Part shown: piece by piece, positions 36,855-47,481 of the stretch
How positions within the stretch are numbered: the first letter of the stretch is position 1
Layout of the letters: every line of letters starts with the position of its first letter
Assembly (NCBI GenBank): GCA_046350905.1
Contig: JAXLZN010000003.1
Span: forward strand, 1,673-65,672
Length of the DNA: 64,000 nt
Direction of reading: 5' to 3'
Source of the DNA: Candidatus Anderseniibacteriota bacterium
GTDB taxonomy: Bacteria > Patescibacteriota > JAUYIX01
Made by a program: the position numbers and the translations under genes
Notes under the pieces: model-generated
Told to the model about the DNA's origin: nothing
The model's database searches: none
Seen by the model: only the letters and a program-made list of their open reading frames with translations

Positions 36855-38780
36855 GGAGTCGCGGGATGCTTTTGCTGAACCAGTACCGTAGCACGTCGTT
36901 TGCGACGGGTGCCGAGAAGTCGAGCCCTCACCGGCCTGCTCAGCCAGCTGCGGCCGTCGTCGGCGTATCGAACAGTTGCAGGCGGTGAACCAGGCGTTCA
37001 GTTCGCCCGAACCAGGCAGGGCCGTACGGTCTTGGCGCCGCGGCGCAGCAGGTCCGCGAGACGCGCCGTGCCGCCCGTCACTGCGGCGCGCATGCCGCGC
37101 GCACGATCTCGAGAAACTTCTCCTCAGCCACCTTCGCAGTTGGGCACCTTGGTCGCCACGTCCTGCGTCGTGCCGTCGGGGTGCACCATAGTCTTGCCGA
37201 TGTGCGGCCACCAGGCCATTGCCGCCGTTTGCCACAGCGGCCGTGGCGTTGGCAGGCTGCAGCGTGGCCGGCGAGCACGAACCCCTGGCGATCGAGGAGT
37301 TGTAGGTATCACCCAAAAACCAATCTTCGTGGAAGGTCTCCTGCTTGTACTCGGGGTTGGCAGCAGGCCAGCCGCCTCGCCGAGCGGAGTCGACGCCCGT
37401 CTTTGCGCCAAAGCCGAAGGCCGCCGCAACGGTGTCGAGTGCGCGAATCCCGAGCCCCTTGATGTCGCCGTAGCCACCGCCGACCGAAAAGAAGAACGTG
37501 TTGACCGAGTTGGCAATCGCGCCGATGACGTTGACGACGCCCTGTCCACCGGGCTTCCAGCTGCGGAACGTCTGCCCGCCGACCTTGATGTAGCCCACGT
37601 CGTTGTAGGTCGTGTCCTCGGTAATGTTGCCGGACTGGAGCGCCCCGGTCGCCACAAACGGCTTAAAGGTCGAACCCGGCGGGTAGGTCCCCGCAATCGG
37701 CCGGTCGAAGAGCGGCTGGTTGGCGTCGGTCAACGTTGCACCAATTTTTTTGCGGTCGGTGCCGACGGCGAACGCGTTGGCGTCAAAGCCGGGCACCGAA
37801 GCGTACGCCAGGATTTCACCGTTGCGGGGGTCGACCGCAACCGCAGCCGCCCGCTGCTTGCCGCTACGTTTGGCTGCCGCTACGAGCGAGGTGTAGAGCT
37901 GGTGCTGCAGGCCTGCGTCGACCGTCAGCACCAGGTCGTTGCCGGCGGTGGGTGGCTGCGTGGCGAGCACGTCGACGACCCGGCCAAAGGCGTCGACCTC
38001 CACGTTCTGTGCGCCGTTGGTCCCGCGCAGCGTCGACTCGTAGCTCTGCTCGACCCCGGTCTTGCCGATCTGGTCGTTGAGCTCGTAGTCCTGGTGGTCG
38101 GCGTACTCCTCGGCGGTGAGCTTGCCGACGTAGCCGTAGACGTGCGAGAGCGCCTCGGCGTCAGCGTAGCGCCGGACGGCGCGAACATCCGCGTGCACGC
38201 CGGGGTAGTCAGCGGGGTGAGCCTGGATCAGCAGGGCGGCATCGCGCGAGAGCTCGTCGCCGACGGGGACGGGATCAAAGGAGTGCGGGTCCTGGGCTCC
38301 GTAGGTTTTGCTGAGGTCGGCGAGGTCGACGTTGAAGTTCTTAGCAACTTTTTTGAAGAGCTTGGCGCGGGTGTCGTCGTCGGTCGGTAGATCGACGGGG
38401 ACGAGCACGAGCTGGTAGCTCGGGATGTTCTCGGCGAGCTGGGCTTGGTTGCGGTCGTAGAGCACGCCGCGGGGGGCCGCGAGCACGAGCGCACGCAGGC
38501 GGTTGCCTTCGGCGAGGCCGCGGTAGCGCTGGCCCTGCGCAATCTGCAGAAAGGCGGAGCGGCCGAGCAACCCGACGAGTAGCAGGCCTGAGATGACGTA
38601 GAGCCAGCGGAAGTTGCGCAGCTCCTGCTTGTCGGCGATGTGCGGCTGGTCGTCACCCCGGGGATTCTTGAGCACCTCTTCAAACTCAAACGGGGTGTGC
38701 TGCCCCCGCCGGCCGACGGTTCGCCCAGCGTGCTCGGGGTTGAGCGGGACGGGCTGAATAAACTCGTCGCTGGTGTTCAT
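36855..38780 (-). pseudogene. mrdA: Penicillin-binding protein 2 (elongasome transpeptidase); last ~150 codons frameshifted as assembled
   Basis: N-terminal TM and dimerisation domain. STFKPF (SxxK) and SVN motifs are intact. From about 37295 downward the frame hops: QGFVLA, ANATAAVANGG, HIGKTMVHPDGT, KVAEEKFLEIVRAGMRAAVTGG, AKTGTA after a 1-nt correction, NAWFTA. The ORF-track C-terminus (36735-37290) is out-of-frame read-through into folD. The 3' end is approximate. Confidence 0.8.
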
Positions 38781-38782
38781 GG

Positions 38783-39304
38783 CTAGACGCGCACCACGAT
38801 CTTGGTGCCGCTCCCGCCGCGCAGCGCAACTGCAACACGCTTGGCGATCGCAAGCAGCGGCACGGTCAAGGCGAGGTCAAAGATGTACTTGAGGAGGAAG
38901 GTTCGGCCGAGCGCGGCGAACCCGGCACCGAGCGGGGCACCCCAGGCGTTGACGAAGGCCAGCACGAGCACACCTGCGGCCAGGGCGATCGCGGCAGTTA
39001 CAAAAGCGCCGGCCTGCGTCAGGCGGGGCAGCACGCGCGTGTGCACGGTGAGCGTGAGGCCAGCGACGACGAGGCAGGCCAGCGTCCAGGTGCCAAAGTG
39101 GCTGGGCTGCCACAGGTCGACCACTAGGCCGGCGAGCCCCGCCCACCACAGCACCGCCGTGGTCGGACGGTAGTAGAGCGCCAGGCAGAGCACAAAGAGC
39201 AGCACGAGGTCCGGCACGACGTGGAGCGGGGCGAGCACCGCCGGGTACGTAAACTGCAGCAACCCGACGAGCACGACGACGGTGGCGGTGGTAACGTTGC
39301 GCAC
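38783..39304 (-). CDS. mreD: Rod shape-determining protein MreD
   Basis: 173 aa, polytopic membrane protein directly after mreC. Confidence 0.8.
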   Translation of the reverse strand: MRNVTTATVVVLVGLLQFTYPAVLAPLHVVPDLVLLFVLCLALYYRPTTAVLWWAGLAGLVVDLWQPSHFGTWTLACLVVAGLTLTVHTRVLPRLTQAGAFVTAAIALAAGVLVLAFVNAWGAPLGAGFAALGRTFLLKYIFDLALTVPLLAIAKRVAVALRGGSGTKIVVRV

Positions 39305-39322
39305 GGTCGGGTAGGTTCGCTC

Positions 39323-40129
39323 CTAGAACGTGGTAACGATGTGGACGAACTCCAGCCGCTCCACGTCGACAAAGGGTCGCACGCGCACGGTCTGGAAGAG
39401 TGCGTTGGCCGCCGTCTCGACCGCCTCGACCGTGCCGATCGGCAGGCCCTTGGGCACGTCGCCGCCCAGGCCCGAGGTCTGCACCTGGTCGCCCACGTTG
39501 ACCGTGTCGGACTGCGGGATGTCGGTCATCTTGAGGCCGAGGCCGAGTTCGCCGTGGAGGATGCCGGTGGCGCGTGACTCAGCGATGCGGGTGGGCACAG
39601 CGCTGCCGTCGTCAGCCAGGAGCAGCACCTCGGCGGAGCCGGCCAGTACGCGCTGGATGCGGCCGACCAGCACGCCACCGGACGAGAGGACCGCCATACC
39701 TTCCTTGAGGCCGTCAGCGCTACCTCGATCGATCGTGAGCCGCTTGGTGCCGGAGATGCCGTCGTGGCCGATCACCGTGGCCACGGTCGTCTTGATCTCG
39801 GGTGGTAGCGGCGCATCGAGCCGCTTACGTAGGTCCGCCAGCTCAGCCGTGGCTTCTTCCAGCTGGCCGATGCGGGTCTTGGACTGCTCCAGGTCTTGGT
39901 GGAGCTTGGCGTTCTCGGCGTCGAGCTGGCCGATGCGGCCGAGCAGGTTGAGCGCGCTACCAACCCGCTCCCCCACGGTACGCAGCGCAACCGCGACCGG
40001 TTCGGTCACAAACGTCAGAGCCGACTCAACCGGGCGGAGCCAGCCGAGCAGGTGCAGCGCCCACGCGGATGCCAAGATGAGCGCGATGGCGACGGCGGTA
40101 CGGAGGAGCGAGGTGCGGCGCGGGGGCAT
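39323..40129 (-). CDS. mreC: Rod shape-determining protein MreC
   Basis: TM, coiled coil (LDAENAKLHQDLEQSKTRIGQLEE), beta-barrel domains with GD.V.TSG.GG..P.G..IG. Confidence 0.9.
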   Translation of the reverse strand: MPPRRTSLLRTAVAIALILASAWALHLLGWLRPVESALTFVTEPVAVALRTVGERVGSALNLLGRIGQLDAENAKLHQDLEQSKTRIGQLEEATAELADLRKRLDAPLPPEIKTTVATVIGHDGISGTKRLTIDRGSADGLKEGMAVLSSGGVLVGRIQRVLAGSAEVLLLADDGSAVPTRIAESRATGILHGELGLGLKMTDIPQSDTVNVGDQVQTSGLGGDVPKGLPIGTVEAVETAANALFQTVRVRPFVDVERLEFVHIVTTF

Positions 40130-40132
40130 GCG

Positions 40133-41187
<1,055 letters not shown>

Positions 41188-41191
<4 letters not shown>

Positions 41192-41850
41192 GCCAGACCC
41201 TGCACGCTACCGGAGCGGGGCGAACCGGGCAAGGAGCAGCCTTCCCGGGGATTGCACCAATGCAGAAGGAGGGATCCAGCCCGATGCCGGATCCCCCACT
41301 CAATTATAGACGCCTTATCCTCTACGCACGAAGCTTCAGAGAGCCGTGCTTCATCGCACCTGGGCTCACAGCGTGCGAGCCTCCGCCCAGGACCTTTCGA
41401 ATGTTTGAGCGTCGATGGTATCGAACCGGAACTGGCGGAAGTTGCCACCGAAACGATCTGTCCAATCTGGAAATATGTCTTCCCACCCACTTCGAGCCGG
41501 TAGTACAGGGGCGTCCAGTGGTCACCGACCCGGAGCATTTGGCAATCTGCGACAAAAGAGCCGTCCACGTTCAACTTGTTGGCCCAGTTGCCAGTGCAAT
41601 GAACCATGGCCCAGTCCCGTTGACGTGGTCTCATAGACGAATCGGTTTCCGTGCCATCGAAGCATCCTTCCGATACGACGGTAGTCAGAGCTAAGCGTGT
41701 TACCTCGAGTACGCAATGCACGTGCCTCGTGATTTTGACCTTCATGTTGTTCACCTCGTCTGGAGATGCACCTTCCGGTGTCTGCCGTTTGGGCAGGAGA
41801 CTGGCCACCAAACGACCAAACTCCAACCCAAAAAGCTGTGCTAGGAACAA
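41188..41850 (-). CDS. Hypothetical Cys/Trp/His-rich protein, low-GC; boundaries uncertain
   Basis: ORF whose TGA overlaps the mreB ATG (ATGA). A likely start is MKVKITRHVHC... at about 41745. Codon third positions are far less GC-biased than in neighbours. The C-terminal third crosses a 7-bp hairpin (41271-41295) and looks low-complexity. Confidence 0.4.
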
Positions 41851-41878
41851 CCCTGCTTAGCGCAGATTACGGATTACG

Positions 41879-43309
41879 TCAATGCGCCCGCGCGAAGATT
41901 GCAAGGTGCTTGGCTTTGTCGCCGCACTTGAGGCACGTGGCTGGGATCTTCTTCTGGTCAAAGGGCAGCACGCGGATCGTAGTCTTGGTTTCTGCCTTGA
42001 TGTCGGCCTCGCACTTGGCACCACCGCACCAGCCGGCGCGGAACAATCCCCCGCTCTCGACCTGCTTCTTGAACTTGGCGTAGTCCGTCACGTCGTGCGT
42101 GTGTTCGTCCCGGTACTTGGTGGCGGCATCGAGCAGCTTCACCTGCGTCGTGTCGAGCAGCTTGGTCACCGCCTCAGCAATGCCTGAGAGCGCCAGCTTC
42201 TGCTTGTCGCCCGTGTGCCGCACGACAGCCACTGCCTGCTTGGCCGCAACGTCCTTGGGTCCGATCTCGAGCCTTACTGGCACCCCGCGAACCTCCCAGT
42301 GGTTAAACTTATACCCCGGCGTGTAGCCGTCGCGTTGGTCGAGCTTAACGCGCATACCAGCTTTGCGGAGTACAGCCTCGGCCTCAACGGCCGCCGCCAG
42401 TACCGACTTCTGCTCGGCCTCCGTCTTGTAGATTGGCACGATTGCGACCTGCACCGGCGCAATCTTGGGTGGCATCACCAAACCTTGGTCGTCGCCGTGC
42501 GTCAGGATCAGCGCCGCCACGATGCGCGTCGACATGCCCCAGCTGGTCTGGAACGGCGTGGACTTCTTGCCAGCGTCGTCGGTGTAGGCGATCCCAAACG
42601 CCTTGGCAAAGTTCTGGCCGAGGTTGTGGCTCGTCCCCGCCTGCAGCGCCTTGCCATCCTTGAGCAGCGCCTCGACCGCGGTCGTGTAGAGAGCACCCGC
42701 AAACTTCTCCGACTCCGTTTTACGCCCACTGATCACTGGAACCGCCAGCGTCTCCCGGCAGAACGTTTCGTAGGCCGTCAGGGCTCGTGCGGTCTCGGCT
42801 TCTGCCTCTTCCGCCGCGGCGTGCACGGTGTGCCCCTCCTGCCACAAGAACTCAGTCGTTCGCAAAAACAGCTTGGTCCGCTTTTCCCAGCGCACCACGT
42901 TGGCCCACTGGTTGATCTTGAGCGGTAGGTCGCGGTGCGACTGGATCCAGCGCGAGAACGTGTCGTACATGATGGTCTCGCTCGTGGGCCGCACGGCTAC
43001 GCGTTCGGCAAGCTTTTCACCGCCCGCCTCGGTCACCCAGGCGATCTCAGGCGCAAACCCCTCTACGTGCTGGGCTTCTTTCTTCAAGAAGCTCTCGGGG
43101 ATGAACAGCGGAAAGTAGGCGTCCTCGACGCCCGCCTCGCGGATCGCGCCACCCAGCACCTCCTGCACGCGCCGCCAGATCGAAAAGCCGTACGGCCGAA
43201 TCACCATCGTGCCGCGCACGGCACCGTAGTCTGCCAGCTCGGCACGCAGGCACACGTCGTTGTACCAAGCGTTGACGTCCTTGCTGAGGGGGGTGATGGA
43301 CTTAGCCAT
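41879..43309 (-). CDS. proS: Proline--tRNA ligase, archaeal/eukaryote-like type (no INS editing domain, C-terminal zinc domain)
   Basis: 476 aa. Class II motifs. C-terminal GWCGGAKCE...CLKCGDKAKHLAIFARAH. Confidence 0.95.
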   Translation of the reverse strand: MAKSITPLSKDVNAWYNDVCLRAELADYGAVRGTMVIRPYGFSIWRRVQEVLGGAIREAGVEDAYFPLFIPESFLKKEAQHVEGFAPEIAWVTEAGGEKLAERVAVRPTSETIMYDTFSRWIQSHRDLPLKINQWANVVRWEKRTKLFLRTTEFLWQEGHTVHAAAEEAEAETARALTAYETFCRETLAVPVISGRKTESEKFAGALYTTAVEALLKDGKALQAGTSHNLGQNFAKAFGIAYTDDAGKKSTPFQTSWGMSTRIVAALILTHGDDQGLVMPPKIAPVQVAIVPIYKTEAEQKSVLAAAVEAEAVLRKAGMRVKLDQRDGYTPGYKFNHWEVRGVPVRLEIGPKDVAAKQAVAVVRHTGDKQKLALSGIAEAVTKLLDTTQVKLLDAATKYRDEHTHDVTDYAKFKKQVESGGLFRAGWCGGAKCEADIKAETKTTIRVLPFDQKKIPATCLKCGDKAKHLAIFARAH

Positions 43310-44426
43310 GGAACAGGTCTTTAATCTTGCCGATCACGTCGTAGTGCAGTACGTCGCGTACCGAGATCGCTGCGATGAGCAGGAGCAGCGCCGCAAAGCC
43401 GACCGAGTGGATGACCTGCTCGACCTTTTTGCTGACCTTACGTCGCCGGATACGCTCGATCAGCAAGAAGAGCAGCCGGCCGCCGTCCAGCGCCGGGATC
43501 GGCAGGGCGTTGACCACGCCGAGGTTGACCGAGAGCAGCGCCGCGAACTGCAGCAGCGGCACAAAGCCGAGCGCACGTACGTGGCCCGTCAGCACCGCGA
43601 TGCCGACCGGCCCCGCCACGTCGCTGCTGACCCGCCCGGTCGTAAAGAGGTCGTGCAGCAGCCGCCCAAAAACTACAAAGATCTGGCCCGCCACAAAGAC
43701 CGTCTGCTTGGCTGCCTCCCAGGCGGCCTGGTACCAGGGGTACCGCACCAAGGCCGTCACGGCCAAGCCCACGCCGAGCGGCCCCTCCCCCGCCGGCGGG
43801 CTGGTACGGGGCGTAGATCGAATGTCGAACTCCTGCCCACCTCGCCGCACGTGCAGCGTGAGCTTGCTGCCGGCTTTAGCCGCTACGGCAGATGAGACCG
43901 AGCGTTCGTCCGTGGGGGTCACGCCATCAACCAGCAGCACCTCGTCGCCTGGCCGCAGGCCCGCCGCACCTGCCGGGCTGCTCGAGGTCACGCTCGTGAT
44001 CGTGACGTGCGCTGGACCTGCGATCGCACCCGTGGGCAGGGGTCCCTGGTCAGCACCGACCGCGGTGGTGGTTCCGACCGCATTGACGATCCAGAGCAAC
44101 GTAAAGGCGAGCACAAAGTTCATCGAAACCCCAGCGGCGAGTACGAGCGCACGCCGACCAAACGACGCTGCCGCAAAGCTGCGCGGGTCGTGCTCCTCGC
44201 CGCCGTCTTCGCCCCGGATCTTTACGAACCCCCCGAACGGAATCCAGTTGATCGAGTAGGTCGTCTCGCCGCGCTTGATCCCCCAGAGCCGCGGCGGAAA
44301 CCCAAAACCAAACTCTTCCACCAGCATGCCGGCGCGACGCGCGGCGATGAAGTGCCCGAGTTCGTGCACAAAGATGAGCACCCCGAGCAGGACGCCAAAG
44401 GTGAGGATGGTGATCAGGACGTCCAC
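43302..44426 (-). CDS. rseP: RIP metalloprotease RseP (site-2 protease)
   Basis: HELGHF zinc motif, PDZ domain, NLGVVNALPIPALDGG. Confidence 0.9.
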   Translation of the reverse strand: MDVLITILTFGVLLGVLIFVHELGHFIAARRAGMLVEEFGFGFPPRLWGIKRGETTYSINWIPFGGFVKIRGEDGGEEHDPRSFAAASFGRRALVLAAGVSMNFVLAFTLLWIVNAVGTTTAVGADQGPLPTGAIAGPAHVTITSVTSSSPAGAAGLRPGDEVLLVDGVTPTDERSVSSAVAAKAGSKLTLHVRRGGQEFDIRSTPRTSPPAGEGPLGVGLAVTALVRYPWYQAAWEAAKQTVFVAGQIFVVFGRLLHDLFTTGRVSSDVAGPVGIAVLTGHVRALGFVPLLQFAALLSVNLGVVNALPIPALDGGRLLFLLIERIRRRKVSKKVEQVIHSVGFAALLLLIAAISVRDVLHYDVIGKIKDLFHG

Positions 44427-44431
44427 GGGAG

Positions 44432-44980
44432 CTAGATCGTCGTGAGCTGCGTCGACTTCTGCGCCACGAGCTGCTCGACCTCGGCGTTCATCTTGTCGAT
44501 CAGGTCCTGGACCTGCTTTTTGCCGCGCTCGAGCGCATCCTCGCCGACCGTGCCTGCGTCGACGTCAGCTTTGACCGCCTTCAAGAATGCCTCACGCGCA
44601 GTACGCAACCCGACGCGCGTTTCCTCCGCCTTGGTCTTGACGACCTTGGTGAGCTCCTCGCGGCGTTCGGCGGTCAGCTCGGGCAACGTCAGGCGGATCG
44701 CCGTCCCCGTCACGGTGGGGTTGAGGCCGAGGTCCGATTCCTGGATCGCTTTTTCGATAGCCTTGATGGTCGACTTGTCCCACGGGCTGATCAGCAGTTG
44801 ACGTGGCTCCGGCACGGCCACCGACGCCAGCCCCTTGAGCGGCTGCATCGTGCCGTAGGCCTCCACGGGCAGATCCTCGACCAGGCCCGGCTGGGCCCGA
44901 CCGGTGCGCAGCTTGGCCAGTTCGTCCTTAAAGTGTGCGAGGGCGTCGCGCATCGTGGTCTCGGCGTCAGCCAGCGTCAT
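44432..44980 (-). CDS. frr: Ribosome recycling factor
   Basis: 182-aa product starting at ATG 44980: MTLADAETTMRDALAHFKDELAKLRTGRAQPGLVEDL.... The 445-aa ORF-track protein is a read-through chimera with the upstream broken gene. Confidence 0.95.
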   Translation of the reverse strand: MTLADAETTMRDALAHFKDELAKLRTGRAQPGLVEDLPVEAYGTMQPLKGLASVAVPEPRQLLISPWDKSTIKAIEKAIQESDLGLNPTVTGTAIRLTLPELTAERREELTKVVKTKAEETRVGLRTAREAFLKAVKADVDAGTVGEDALERGKKQVQDLIDKMNAEVEQLVAQKSTQLTTI

Positions 44981-45036
44981 ACCGCTGTAGAGTGCCCTGC
45001 GTAGGGCGAACGCGTCAACACGGGCAGCTCCGCCCG

Positions 45037-46078
45037 CTACTGACCGAGGGAGCGCTGCACGAACGACTTGGCCTGCCCCGCGACACCCGCGAGAATCGTC
45101 TTGGCGTCCACGATCAGGAGCGTGCCGGCGGTGCGCCCGGTGGCGATCCCGCGCGTGAGCCAGGTCTTGCCGCCGTCGTCGCTCTTGGCGATCGTGGCAC
45201 CCCCGGCGATGACCACCTGCGAGCTGTTGTCGGGAGCCACCGCCACCGCGGCGAGCGCGACGTTCGCTGGCGTGATCGGCTCCTGCACCGTGGCCCAGGT
45301 CGCGCCTGCATCCTTGCTCACGAACATCCCGCTCTGGCCGACCGCCACCAGGGGCTACCTGCTTGCGCCGACTGGGCGACCACGCTGACGCTCGCAGCCT
45401 GCGAGGGCGCCGCGGGCAGTCAGCATGCTCGGGGTCCGGTCGGCAAAGGTGGCTCCGTCGCTCGAGACCTGAGTGTCCCGTTGACCACGACCGCGAGCGC
45501 ACCGTTGGGAGCGGTGAGATGAGCAGGTCGGTCACCACGCCGACAAAGCTGTGGGCGATGTTCCAGGTTCGCCCGCTGTTGGTAGAGTGGAGCAGCTCGC
45601 CGGTGTTGGTGGCGGCGTAGAGCGTGGCAGGCTTGGCGGGGTCGAGCGCCAGCGCGGTGATGACCCCCGGGCCGGAGTACAGCGTGTCGAACGTCTGGCC
45701 GCCGTCACGGGTGGTGATGACCTGCGATTCGTAGGCTAGGTAGACCGTGCCGCTGGTCGGGTCGACCACGATGTCGCGCAGGGTGCCCTGCGCCAGCGCG
45801 GTGGCACGCCAGGTCTGTCCCCGTCGGCGCTCGCCACCAGGCCGCGCGTGTCGAGGCCGGCGTAGACCGTGGTACGCGCAGCGGGGTTGGCCGCCAGCGC
45901 AGTCACCGAGGCGTCGGCAAAGGATTTTTCAGGTCGAGCGTGCTCGCGCTGATGTACGAACCGCCCGCGTCGCTCGAGCGGAAGATGCCAGCGTCGGTGG
46001 ACGAGGCGCAGCTCGCCAGCGTCGCTACGGTGAGCGTAGCAACGGCTAGGGCGAACGGCGTACGGGAAGTGGCTTCAC
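45037..46078 (-). pseudogene. BNR/Asp-box repeat (Ycf48/sialidase-like beta-propeller) lipoprotein, multiple frameshifts as assembled
   Basis: Signal/lipobox ...FALAVATLTVATLASC. Asp-box motifs SSDAGGSY, TRDGGQTF, STNSGRTW, SKDAGATW, SDDGGKTW spread over three frames. The putative GTG at 46078 overlaps the holB stop. Confidence 0.65.
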
Positions 46079-46895
46079 ACCTGCAGCATAGCAAACGCCT
46101 CGAGCACCGCGCGAGGCTGCACGTTGCGGGCCAGCCGGCGACGGGCATCGAGCAGGCCGCGGCGCCAGCTGAGCGGGAGGGCCAGATCAACCTCGCCGAG
46201 GAAGGCGCTGGTCGCCTCCCGCTCGGCACCGTAGCGCGCGGCGAGCTGCAGCCGGCTCGGCACGTCACCCGCCTGCCAGGCCTGCACGTCGCGGCGGAGC
46301 GCATCGAGCTGCTGGGCAAGGCTTGGTCGTGCAGGTAGCGCAGCGCTCGACCCGGGCGGCCGGCAGCGAGCGCCACGACCGGGTTGGGCGCGCCCAGACC
46401 GGCTTTGATCTCAGCAGCAGAAACCAGCTGCAGCGGAATCGGCAAGCAGCGCGACCGAACGGTCGGCAGCACCGCTCCAGCGTTGGTCGCGGTGAGGAGG
46501 ATGAGGGCGTGGGCGGGCGGCTCCTCGAGCGTGACGAGCAGCGCGTTGGCCGCCTCCGGCGTGAGGCGGTCGGCACCGGGCAGCAGTACGCACGAGCGCG
46601 GGCTGGCCACCGGCCGACGCGAGAGGTGCTTGACGATGCGAACCGCAACCTCGCGACCGATGCCACCCGGGCCGCCGAGCGCGCCTGGGTCGCGGCTCAG
46701 GTCGAGCACGTCAGGATCGGCTGCTTGGACGGGCCGGCCGGCCGCCTGGGCCAAGGCCAGGCGGGCCAGGGTGCGCTTGCCGAGGCCGGCCGGCCCGGTT
46801 AGGAGGATCGCGTGGGCGCGTTCGCCCTGGATGGCGACGTCGAGGAGGTGACGGGCACGGGTGTTGCCGATGAAGGCTGGCGACGTCGCGGTCAT
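46075..46895 (-). pseudogene. holB: DNA polymerase III subunit delta prime, one frameshift as assembled
   Basis: ATG at 46895 (ATGA overlap with the upstream methyltransferase). LLTGPAGLGKRTLA, ANALLVTLEEPP, SRCLPI. The frame switches near 46316-46324 (…LHDQ / LAQQLDALRRDVQAWQAGDV…). Confidence 0.75.
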
Positions 46896-47464
46896 GGCTG
46901 GGTTGGCCCAAGCGTCGGCGGCATGCGGTAGACGTAGGTGCGGGTCTTGCTGAAGGTCGGCGCAACGAGCACCTGCGCGGTCTGCCAGCCGTGCATCGAA
47001 AACGCGATCGTCGCGACGGTGGTGCCCGGCTTGAGCTCGGCGAGCAGCTTGGGCTTGAGGCGTTCGTTGGCACCGGGCATGAGGTAGAAGGCTACCGCGT
47101 CGGCGTCGCGCAGGTCGACGTGCTTTACGTTGGCCCACGCAAAGTTGACGCGGGCGCGAACCTCGCGCGGCTGCGACAGCCGCCAGGCCTGCGCGTAGAG
47201 GAACGGCAGCGGCGAGATCTCGATACCGGTAACGCGCGCGGCAGGCACCTCACGCGCGAGCCGCAGCACCCAGCCGCCGGTGCCGCTGCCGAGTTCGTAG
47301 ATACGCCGAGCACCCGCCTCGCGGAAGAGCGTGGCGACCTGCGACTGCGCCACCTTTGACGACGCGATCGTCGGCACCCCCGTGCGCAGGTAGGCAAAGG
47401 CCATGCCGACGAGCAGCACGAGGCACACCACGACGATGAGCACGGTGACGGCGATGGCCAACAC
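46892..47464 (-). CDS. Membrane-anchored class I SAM-dependent methyltransferase
   Basis: N-terminal TM, then motif I IYELGSGTGGWVLRLA. Confidence 0.75.
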   Translation of the reverse strand: MLAIAVTVLIVVVCLVLLVGMAFAYLRTGVPTIASSKVAQSQVATLFREAGARRIYELGSGTGGWVLRLAREVPAARVTGIEISPLPFLYAQAWRLSQPREVRARVNFAWANVKHVDLRDADAVAFYLMPGANERLKPKLLAELKPGTTVATIAFSMHGWQTAQVLVAPTFSKTRTYVYRMPPTLGPTQP

Positions 47465-47481
47465 CGCTACAGCCTAGCAGC

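Noticed and set aside
36735-37290. C-terminal ~180 residues of the 681-aa PBP2 ORF
   Set aside because: Out-of-frame read-through across the true PBP2 C-terminus and the folD N-terminus. The real sequences are visible in the other frames.
29950-37295. Interpretation of the frameshift block as biological pseudogenisation or programmed recoding
   Set aside because: It affects non-redundant essential genes. The lesions are almost purely indels with motifs otherwise conserved. Some shifts are compensated within tens of bases, and the L17 case in the separate 52-kb block is a clean homopolymer-length error. Kept as a finding only as an assembly-quality issue pending read-level evidence.
41221-41250. 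AAGGAGCAGCC string reminiscent of SRP RNA domain IV
   Set aside because: No GNRA tetraloop or matching symmetric-loop partner strand, and no extended helix. Most likely a coincidence within the ORF tail.
41395-41480. tRNA-like T-loop string GGTTCGATACC on the minus strand
   Set aside because: Flanking bases cannot form a T stem, acceptor stem or anticodon arm. The string lies inside the coding part of the orphan ORF.
44432-45769. 445-aa ORF presented as one protein
   Set aside because: It is a chimera. Only the last 182 codons (frr, from ATG 44980) are real in this frame. Upstream residues are Arg/Gly-rich nonsense from reading the BNR gene out of frame.
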